Shown one piece after another: positions 56,520 to 64,000 of a stretch of 64,000 nucleotides of DNA. The notes beneath the pieces were generated by a model, which was not told the DNA's origin, did no database searches, and was given only the letters and a program-made list of their open reading frames with translations. The first letter of the stretch is position 1. Each line of letters begins with the position of its first letter. Made by a program: the position numbers and the translations under genes. The stretch comes from an uncultured Bacilli bacterium (GTDB taxonomy: Bacteria > Bacillota_I > Bacilli_A > RF39 > UBA660), in contig CAKPPW010000003.1 of the NCBI GenBank assembly GCA_934177995.1, positions 5,938-69,937 on the forward strand, written 5' to 3'.

Positions 56520-57428
56520 ATGTCCTTTACAACTAAGATAAAAGAAGAGATAGTCTCTAAAAATTTGTCAGAGACAGAAAAATATTCTATATTAGCAGGC
56601 TTTGTTAGAAATAATGCTACCTGGTATGAAGATAAACTACAACTTATTAATGAGAATAGTGATATAATTAACTATTTTAAAAATATATTAGATATGTTTA
56701 AAGGAATTAAGTATGAAGAATATACTAAGGATAGCAACAATTTTACTAAAAATGATTTACATGTTTTAGAAATAGTAGAAGGTAGTTCTTTTCTGCTTGA
56801 TTTAGTATCTTATCAAAAAGAAGTACCACCTGATTATTTCTTTGATGGAAAACTAGAAACAAAAGCTTACCTAAAAGGAGTATTTTTAAATGGTGGTAGT
56901 GTTAATGATCCGAAAACTTCAAGATATCATATGGAAATATTAATTGACTATCCAGAAGAGGCAGTTTTTGTGCAGAAAGTATTAAATTCTTATAATTTAA
57001 ATATTAAGATGCTTAATAGAGATCGTAGTTATATGCTTTATCTAAAAGAAGCGGAAAAAATAAGTGATTTTTTAAAAATTGTTGATGCAACAAATTCTGT
57101 TTTATATTATGAGAATGTTAGAATTTATCGTGATAAGAAAAATCAAACTAATAGGCTTAATAATTGTGAACAAGCGAACACGGATAGAATAATAGCTAGT
57201 GCTTTGGAACAACTTAATCAAATAGAAATACTTAAAACAAATAATGCCTTAGACTTATTAGATGATAAAACAAAAGAAGCTCTTTATTATCGTGAAAAAT
57301 ATAAAGAAGCTTCTTTAAAAGAGTTGAGTGAAATTATAAAAAAAGAAACTGGTCGCTCTATTTCTAAGTCTGGATTAAATCATCGATTTAGAAAAATTAA
57401 GGAACTAGCTTCTAAATTTATGGAGTAG
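56520..57428 (+). CDS. whiA: Sporulation/cell-division regulator WhiA
   Basis: [19 protein letters not shown], degenerate LAGLIDADG-like middle, C-terminal [16 protein letters not shown]. Confidence 0.88.
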   Translation: MSFTTKIKEEIVSKNLSETEKYSILAGFVRNNATWYEDKLQLINENSDIINYFKNILDMFKGIKYEEYTKDSNNFTKNDLHVLEIVEGSSFLLDLVSYQKEVPPDYFFDGKLETKAYLKGVFLNGGSVNDPKTSRYHMEILIDYPEEAVFVQKVLNSYNLNIKMLNRDRSYMLYLKEAEKISDFLKIVDATNSVLYYENVRIYRDKKNQTNRLNNCEQANTDRIIASALEQLNQIEILKTNNALDLLDDKTKEALYYREKYKEASLKELSEIIKKETGRSISKSGLNHRFRKIKELASKFME

Positions 57429-57999
57429 TAGTTAATATTTTATCAACAAGACCGTAATCTTTAGCATCATTAGCTGTTAAATAGTTGTCTCTATCAGTAT
57501 CGTTTTCTATTTGCTTAATAGATTTTCCTGTGTTTTTAGCAAGAATTTCATTAAGCTTTTTCTTTGTCTTTAAGATATGTTCGGCAGCAATTTTTATTTC
57601 TGTAGCTTGTCCACTAGCTCCACCAAGTGGTTGATGAATCATAACCTCACTATTAGGTAAGGCATACCTTTTGCCTTCTTTACCACTAGATAATAAGAAA
57701 GCTGCCATACTTGCTGCCATTCCAAGACAAATAGTAGAAACATCACTTTTAATAAAATTCATTGTATCATAAATAGCAAAGCCAGAAGTAACATTACCAC
57801 CAGGAGAATTAATGTAAATAGAAATATCTTCATGACTTAGTGAATCAAGATATAAAAGTTCTGCTACTACAGTATTTGCTAAGATATCATCTATTTCACC
57901 AGATAAAAGAATTATTCTATTTTTTAATAGTCTTGAAAATATATCGTAGCTTCTTTCTCCCCCAATTTCTTTATCAACTATCATAGGAATTAAGCTCAT
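57418..57999 (-). CDS. clpP: ATP-dependent Clp protease proteolytic subunit
   Basis: IYINSPGG, active-site [16 protein letters not shown]. Confidence 0.96.
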   Translation of the reverse strand: MSLIPMIVDKEIGGERSYDIFSRLLKNRIILLSGEIDDILANTVVAELLYLDSLSHEDISIYINSPGGNVTSGFAIYDTMNFIKSDVSTICLGMAASMAAFLLSSGKEGKRYALPNSEVMIHQPLGGASGQATEIKIAAEHILKTKKKLNEILAKNTGKSIKQIENDTDRDNYLTANDAKDYGLVDKILTTTP

Positions 58000-58136
58000 T
58001 TTATCACCTTTATCTTTCTAAAATTACTATATCCGTAAAGATAGTTAAATATACTTAAAATAGTTCATCATATTTTGCACAATTTACATCTTGAAATATA
58101 AATGTTATAATTATGAAAGAATAAGAGGGTGAACTT

Positions 58137-59792
58137 ATGATAGAAGAAATAAAAGTAAAAGTTAATGGAAAAGAAGAGAAGGTTCCTATTGGAACAACTT
58201 TATTACAACTTAGTAAAAATTATAGTAATAAATATCGTTTTCCTATTATCATCGCTAGAGTTAATAATACATATAGGGAACTTAGTTATAGTATTCATGA
58301 TACTTGTGAAATAGAATTTTTTGATTTAAATTCAAGAGTAGGAAATAGAACACATATTGCAGGACTTACTTTTCTTCTATTGGTAGCGGTTAAAGAACTT
58401 TATGGAGAAAAAGCAGATATAATTGTTCAACACTCACTAGATAAAGGAATTTATATAGAAACAACTTTTCCAGTTAGTGATACTTTAGTTAAGTCTATAG
58501 CTAAAAAGATGTTATATTTAGTGGAACAAAATCTTGATATAACTAAAGTCAGTGTTGAAAGAATAAGTGCAATTAAGTATTTTGAAGCTATTAAAGATAA
58601 TGCTAAAGCTAATATTATGAAGTATAATACTAATACTTATATTACCTTGTATAGATTAGGTAGTTATTATAATTATTTTTATCATTATATGCCAACATCA
58701 ACGGGACTATTAAGAGACTTCAAGTTAACTTATTTAAATGATAATGGCTTTATTTTACAATTCCCAACAGTTTATTCTAAGAATACTATTACAGAATATA
58801 AACATCATCCTAATATGTTTAAAGTATTTAAAGAGTGTCATGATTGGGCTAAACTTATGCATGTTTCAAATCTTTCTGAATTAAATAGTATTGTTTCAAA
58901 AGGACAAGTGGAAGATTTAATAAGAATAGATGAAACTTTACAAAGTAATAGACTATTGGAAGTGGCAAAAACTATAGTAGCAAATAAAAAAGATAAGAAA
59001 ATTGTTCTTTTAGCAGGTCCATCATCAAGTGGTAAAACAACAACTACAAGGAAGCTATGTATGTTCTTAAGAAGTTTTGGTTTAAATCCTAAGATGATAA
59101 GTATGGATGATTATTTTGTAGAGCGTGATGAAACACCACTTAATGAAAAGGGAGAAAAAGACTACGAATGCTTTGAAGCAGTTGATCATAAATTACTTAC
59201 TGAGCAAGTTTCTTCCTTGCTACAGGGAGAGACAGTAAAAACACCTATTTATAGTTTTATTGAAGGTAGTAAAGAATTTGTGAGAGAAATGAAACTAGAG
59301 AAAAATGATATTTTATTAATAGAAGGTATTCATGCACTTAATCCTAAAGTTTTAGATAAAATACCAGCTAAGAATAAATATAAAATATATTTATCAGCTT
59401 TAACAGAACTTAATATAGATTCTCATAATCGTTTTTCGACAACAGATAATCGCCTTTTAAGAAGAATTATTAGAGATAGTAGAACTAGAGGATATGATGT
59501 TGTTGACACGATAGCTATTTGGCCTAATGTTAGAAGTGGGGAAGAAAAATATATCTTTCCTTATCAAGACGAAGCTGATTCGACTATCAATACAGCTTTA
59601 ATCTATGAACTTGGTGTATTAAAAACTTATGTAGAACCACTACTTTATTCAGTAGATGAAGACTCCATTTACTATGATGAAGCGAAAAGATTATTAAATT
59701 TATTTAGATTAATATTACCAATACCAAGTGAAGCGATACCAGATGATTCTATTTTAAGAGAATTTATTGGTGGTAGTTGTTTTCATGACTAA
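58137..59792 (+). CDS. P-loop nucleoside (uridine-kinase-type) kinase with long N-terminal extension
   Basis: Walker A LAGPSSSGKTTT, MDDYF, LIEGIHALNP in the C-terminal half. The N-terminal part of about 280 aa has a beta-grasp/TGS-like start (IKVKVNGKEEKVPIGTTL). Confidence 0.6.
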   Translation: MIEEIKVKVNGKEEKVPIGTTLLQLSKNYSNKYRFPIIIARVNNTYRELSYSIHDTCEIEFFDLNSRVGNRTHIAGLTFLLLVAVKELYGEKADIIVQHSLDKGIYIETTFPVSDTLVKSIAKKMLYLVEQNLDITKVSVERISAIKYFEAIKDNAKANIMKYNTNTYITLYRLGSYYNYFYHYMPTSTGLLRDFKLTYLNDNGFILQFPTVYSKNTITEYKHHPNMFKVFKECHDWAKLMHVSNLSELNSIVSKGQVEDLIRIDETLQSNRLLEVAKTIVANKKDKKIVLLAGPSSSGKTTTTRKLCMFLRSFGLNPKMISMDDYFVERDETPLNEKGEKDYECFEAVDHKLLTEQVSSLLQGETVKTPIYSFIEGSKEFVREMKLEKNDILLIEGIHALNPKVLDKIPAKNKYKIYLSALTELNIDSHNRFSTTDNRLLRRIIRDSRTRGYDVVDTIAIWPNVRSGEEKYIFPYQDEADSTINTALIYELGVLKTYVEPLLYSVDEDSIYYDEAKRLLNLFRLILPIPSEAIPDDSILREFIGGSCFHD

Positions 59793-59796
59793 AATA

Positions 59797-59837
59797 AAAA
59801 TCAAGGAATAGTTAAGTCTAAACCTTGATTTTGTTTT
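59797..59837. terminator. Bidirectional terminator between the kinase gene and xfp
   Basis: aaaatcaagg...ccttgatttt, with an A-run and a T-run on either side. Confidence 0.6.
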
Positions 59838-59849
59838 GTATATAAATTA

Positions 59850-62210
59850 TTACCATAATACTTCGATATCTTTATCAATATCATGCCATACGAAGTTTTG
59901 TACTTCTTCCATGTCTTCACCATATTCTCTTATATAGTTATTGTGTTTAACAAGTTTATCTTTGCACCATTCATAAAGAGGAGTAGCCCTGTTACCTAGT
60001 TTAGGTAAATATTTTAAAGCATCCATTACTAGATGATATCTGTCAATCTTGTTTTGAACTCTCATATCAAATGGAGTAGTAATAGTACCTTCTTCAATAT
60101 AACCATGGACATGTATATTATCATTTTCACGTTTATAAGTTAATTGATGAATTAAAGAAGGGTATCCATGGAAAGCAAAAATGATAGGTTTGTTTTTAGT
60201 GAATAACATATCATAATCTTGATCAGTTAATCCATGAGGATGTTCTAAATTTGATTGTAATTTCATTAAATCAACAACATTTACACAACGAATTTTTATT
60301 TCTGGGAAAAATTTATGAAGAATAGAAATTGCTGCTAGAGTTTCTAGAGTTGGTGTATCTCCACAACAAGCCATTACTATATCAGGTTCATATCCTAAGT
60401 CATTACTAGCCCAGTTAAATATACCAATACCCTTACTACAATGGTTAATAGCTTCATCCATACTTAACCACTGCATACTAGGATGTTTAGATGCAACAAT
60501 TACATTTATATAATTCTTACTCTTGATACAATGATTGCAAGTAGAAAGTAGACAGTTAGCATCAGGTGGAAGATATATTCTTGCTATATCAGCTTTTTTT
60601 GTAACAATATGATTTAAGAATCCTGGGTCTTGATGGGTATAACCATTATGGTCTTGTTGCCAAATATGAGATGTTAGTAAGTAATTAAGAGAAGAAATAT
60701 TTCTTCGCCAATCAAGTTGTTTACAAACTTTTAACCATTTAGCATGTTGACTGGTCATAGAATCAACAATTCTTACAAAAGCTTCATAAGTATCAAATAT
60801 ACCATGTCTTCCGGTTAAAATATACCCTTCAAGCATTCCTTCACAAACATGTTCAGAAAGAAAAGAATCTATAACTTGTCCTTGTTTACTTAAGTATTCA
60901 TCATTATCTAATATTTTTCCATTGAACTGACGATTAGTAACATCAAAGACAGCATTTAATCTATTTGACAAAGCCTCATCTGGTCCAAATATTCGGAAAT
61001 TTTTGTTTTGTTTAATAACATCTTCTAAATAATTACCTAAAATCTTTGTGTCTTGGACTTTAATATCGCCATGGTTTTTAACCTCAACTTTATAATTGCG
61101 AAAATCAGGTAGGTAAAGTTCCTTTAGTAAAAGACCACCGTTAGCATAAGGATTAGCTCCCATTCTTCTGTTACCTTTTGGTGCTAGCTCTCTTAACTCT
61201 TCTTTTATAGAACCATCTTCATTAAAGATTTGTTCAGGATGATAACTTTTTAACCAGTTTTCTAGTATATCAACGTGTTCCATATGATCTTGGTCTATTG
61301 GTACTGGTACTTGGTGTGCTCTAAAAGTTCCTTCGATTTGGGCTCCTTGGAACATTTTTGGACCAGTCCATCCTTTTGGAGTTTTTAAAATAATCATTGG
61401 CCATTTAGGAGTAGTAGTTGATTTATCACTCTTAATTTGTTTTATCTTTTTAACAACTTCATCTAAAGCCTCTGCCATTTTCTCATGAAGAGTCATAGGG
61501 TCTTTTCCTTCTAGATAAATTGGATCATAACCATATCCATCAAAAAGATTAAGTAATTCCTTTTTAGGTATTCTATCAAGAATAGTTGGATTTGCTATTT
61601 TATAACCATTCAAATTTAAAATAGGTAAAACAACTCCATCAGTTTTCTTATTAATAAGTTTATTGCAGTGCCATGAAGTAGCAAGAGGACCCGTTTCAGC
61701 CTCCCCATCTCCTACTACTACAGCTGCTATTAAATCAGGATTATCAAGAACAGCACCATAGGCATGAGCAAGACTGTATCCTAATTCACCACCTTCATTT
61801 ATCGAACCTGGCGTTTCTGGAGCTACATGTGATGAAATTCCTCCAGGGAAACTAAATTGCTTAAATAATTTTTTTAATCCTTCTTCGTTTTCTGATATAT
61901 TTGGATATACTTCACTATAAGTACCCTCCAAATAGACATTGGAAACGATAGCATTACCGCCATGTCCTGGACCTGAGATATAAATCATATTAAGATCATA
62001 TTTCTTTATAACTCTATTTAAATGGGTATAAATAAAATTTTGGGTAGGAACAGTACCCCAGTGACCAACTACTTTCTTTTTTAAATCTTTTTTTTCGAGT
62101 GGTCTTTTTAATAGGGGATTATCTTTTAAATAAAGTTGTCCTACTGATAAATAATTAGCTGCATTAAAATATCTATTAATTCTTTCTTTTTCCTTTTCTG
62201 TAAGTGCCAT
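59850..62210 (-). CDS. xfp: Xylulose-5-phosphate/fructose-6-phosphate phosphoketolase
   Basis: 786 aa. [31 protein letters not shown] are signatures of phosphoketolase/TPP binding. Confidence 0.93.
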   Translation of the reverse strand: MALTEKEKERINRYFNAANYLSVGQLYLKDNPLLKRPLEKKDLKKKVVGHWGTVPTQNFIYTHLNRVIKKYDLNMIYISGPGHGGNAIVSNVYLEGTYSEVYPNISENEEGLKKLFKQFSFPGGISSHVAPETPGSINEGGELGYSLAHAYGAVLDNPDLIAAVVVGDGEAETGPLATSWHCNKLINKKTDGVVLPILNLNGYKIANPTILDRIPKKELLNLFDGYGYDPIYLEGKDPMTLHEKMAEALDEVVKKIKQIKSDKSTTTPKWPMIILKTPKGWTGPKMFQGAQIEGTFRAHQVPVPIDQDHMEHVDILENWLKSYHPEQIFNEDGSIKEELRELAPKGNRRMGANPYANGGLLLKELYLPDFRNYKVEVKNHGDIKVQDTKILGNYLEDVIKQNKNFRIFGPDEALSNRLNAVFDVTNRQFNGKILDNDEYLSKQGQVIDSFLSEHVCEGMLEGYILTGRHGIFDTYEAFVRIVDSMTSQHAKWLKVCKQLDWRRNISSLNYLLTSHIWQQDHNGYTHQDPGFLNHIVTKKADIARIYLPPDANCLLSTCNHCIKSKNYINVIVASKHPSMQWLSMDEAINHCSKGIGIFNWASNDLGYEPDIVMACCGDTPTLETLAAISILHKFFPEIKIRCVNVVDLMKLQSNLEHPHGLTDQDYDMLFTKNKPIIFAFHGYPSLIHQLTYKRENDNIHVHGYIEEGTITTPFDMRVQNKIDRYHLVMDALKYLPKLGNRATPLYEWCKDKLVKHNNYIREYGEDMEEVQNFVWHDIDKDIEVLW

Positions 62211-62334
62211 ACATATCCTCCTTATTCTAATTAAATTATAAGATATAAATACTTATTTTTCAACAAATAATAGGAAAAGAAATTAAAGTATGGTATACTT
62301 TCAGTATAGATAAAAAGATAAGTTGGTGAAAAAA

Positions 62335-64000
62335 GTGAAGATATTTATTTTAGATGATTATAAAGTTAATTCTTATAAATTACCCCAAAAAGTAGAAGAT
62401 TCATATTTGATAAATTATCATTCTGATGATGAAGAAAAAAGTATTAGTGTTCAATCAGTTAATGGTATTTGGAATATTCAAAGTAATGATAGTATTACAA
62501 TTGTTGATAATGGCAAAACAGTAGACTCATGTCAATTAACAAACTATAAAATAGTGAAGCTTTTCTTTACAGATACTGATCAAAATGTTGTTTTAGTATC
62601 AGTACCATCATCGGTTAACTTAAAAAAAGACTATCTATTAACAAACATAAATGAATTAAAAATAGGTTCTCTTTCTACTAATAATATAGTTTTTCCGATA
62701 TTAGATGAAGAACATGTCATAATAACTAAAGAAAATGGTATGTGGAAATTATTAGTAAAAAGTAGTAATATACCAATTTATGTTAATAAGAGAAAAATAG
62801 TCAGTTGTAATTTAACATTCGGTGATGAAATATTTATTTTAGGATTAAAGATTATCTGGTTAAATAATTCTGTTCGTATTAATACTATTAAAGATTTAAT
62901 TACTATAAATGGTCTTGCTGAAACAGACCTACCTAAAGAAGATAATAGTATGTACACTAAAATTACTGCTAAAGAAAAAAAGAGTAGTCTATATAAAGAA
63001 AATGAATACTTTTTTCATACTCCAAATTTAAAACCAGTTATTGAAAAAGTTGTTATTGAAATTGAAAATCCACCACTCAAAGAAAGAGATATGCAATTAC
63101 CACTATTTTTAAGTATAGGAGCATCTGCTGTTTTCTCAATCTCGTCATTAGCTACTTGTATCTTTTCTTATGTTAGTATTGTCCAAGGTAAGAGTACTTG
63201 GAATGATGAAGCGATGAACTTTGTAATAGGTTTTTCTTTATTAATAGGTAGTTTATTATTTCCAATACTAACTCATTATTATGAGAAAAGTATGAATAAA
63301 AAAAGAGAAGCAAAAAGACAAAAAAAATATAGTCAGTATTTACAAGAAAAAAAAGATTTAATAGATACTACTATTAATCATCAGAAAAATATTTTAAAAG
63401 AATTATACTTAAATGCTAGTGAATGTCAAAGATTGTTTGAAACTAGAAATGCTAGTTTGTGGAGTAGAGAAATAAGTGATAAAGATTTTTTAACCATAAG
63501 ACTTGGTATTGGTAGGAGAAAAGCTGATATTGTTATAGATGCTCCTAAAAAACAATTTTCTATAGATGATGATAATTTGAAAGATAAAGCTAGTGAACTA
63601 ATGGATTCTGACTTATCTATGACAGATGTTCCAATAACAGTTTCTTTGATAAATTATCCAATCTTTCCTATTATTCTAAATACTACTAAGAAAAAGAGCT
63701 ATATTGAAGCGATACTTTTACAATTAATGACTTACTATAGTAGTATTGATTTGAAACTAGTTTTTCTTGTAAGTGAAAAAAATAATGATATATGGAATCA
63801 ATTTAAGTTTTTAGCTCACTCTCTTGATGATCAAGGAAAAATTAGAATGTTTGCTTATACTGATGAAGAGGCAAAGACAGTATCTTATCATTTAGAATCT
63901 AAATATCAAGAAAGATTTAATTTTGTTAAAGATACTCCTAGTAATTCTGAAATTGATAAAATAGAAAATAAAAAAGACCTTTATCAAATGTTTTCTAGTT
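62335..64000 (+). CDS. essC: Type VII secretion system FtsK/SpoIIIE-family ATPase EssC, 5' part (runs off the window)
   Basis: Frame open from 62335 (GTG; alternative TTG 62323 or GTG 62326) to the window end, so it is absent from the ORF track. It has two N-terminal FHA-like repeats, then FHTPNLKPVIE...IENPP, two TM helices, and a KKREAKRQKKY juxtamembrane region, as in EssC/YukB. Confidence 0.8.
   Translation, partial: MKIFILDDYKVNSYKLPQKVEDSYLINYHSDDEEKSISVQSVNGIWNIQSNDSITIVDNGKTVDSCQLTNYKIVKLFFTDTDQNVVLVSVPSSVNLKKDYLLTNINELKIGSLSTNNIVFPILDEEHVIITKENGMWKLLVKSSNIPIYVNKRKIVSCNLTFGDEIFILGLKIIWLNNSVRINTIKDLITINGLAETDLPKEDNSMYTKITAKEKKSSLYKENEYFFHTPNLKPVIEKVVIEIENPPLKERDMQLPLFLSIGASAVFSISSLATCIFSYVSIVQGKSTWNDEAMNFVIGFSLLIGSLLFPILTHYYEKSMNKKREAKRQKKYSQYLQEKKDLIDTTINHQKNILKELYLNASECQRLFETRNASLWSREISDKDFLTIRLGIGRRKADIVIDAPKKQFSIDDDNLKDKASELMDSDLSMTDVPITVSLINYPIFPIILNTTKKKSYIEAILLQLMTYYSSIDLKLVFLVSEKNNDIWNQFKFLAHSLDDQGKIRMFAYTDEEAKTVSYHLESKYQERFNFVKDTPSNSEIDKIENKKDLYQMFSS

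Noticed and set aside
58000-58136. Looked for a CtsR operator (GGTCAAA direct repeat) upstream of clpP.
   Set aside because: No GGTCAAA/TTTGACC heptads are present in the interval.
1-64000. CRISPR arrays, IS elements or transposases, integrases, prophage modules, tRNA genes and rRNA genes.
   Set aside because: None seen. There are no spaced direct-repeat arrays, no recombinase-like ORFs, no tRNA-like T-arm or cloverleaf segments, and every long intergenic region is otherwise explained.

Overview
Strongly A+T-rich, Bacillota-type chromosome segment centred on the replication origin. dnaA, dnaN and a comK homologue read leftwards on the minus strand. To the right, a largely co-directional plus-strand block follows Bacillus-like origin-proximal synteny: rpmH-rnpA-yidC-jag-mnmE-mnmG-rsmG-noc-soj-spo0J, ychF-rpsF-ssb-rpsR-(DHH)-rplI-dnaB, walJ-like-rlmH-ung, argS, rpoE, prfA-prmC-spoIIR-mntP, murA, rpmE, rpiB, spoIIQ-mreB-tagO, csp, hpf, cysS-mrnC-rlmB-sigH, uvrA, lgt-trxB-yvcK-whiA, clpP and xfp. 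DnaA-box arrays flank dnaA on both sides, giving a bipartite oriC. I saw no rRNA, tRNA, CRISPR, IS or prophage features. spoIIR and spoIIQ suggest an endospore-former. Finer taxonomy cannot be set from this window. Most of the window is conserved core genome, and I do not see a convincing undescribed multi-gene system. The clearly accessory parts are an agr-type quorum-sensing cassette at about 41.6-44.4 kb, which includes an AgrD precursor ORF missing from the ORF track, and the 5' end of a type VII secretion essC that runs off the right edge. Other items worth a second look: a dense same-orientation DnaA-box cluster about 34 kb from oriC just upstream of rpiB; a Noc-like ParB with a long low-complexity insertion; a membrane-anchored kinase-C-lobe-like protein after sigH; a YugP-like protein without HExxH; and several small or uncharacterised ORFs. 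All product calls rest on motif and family recognition by eye plus synteny. No database search was run.
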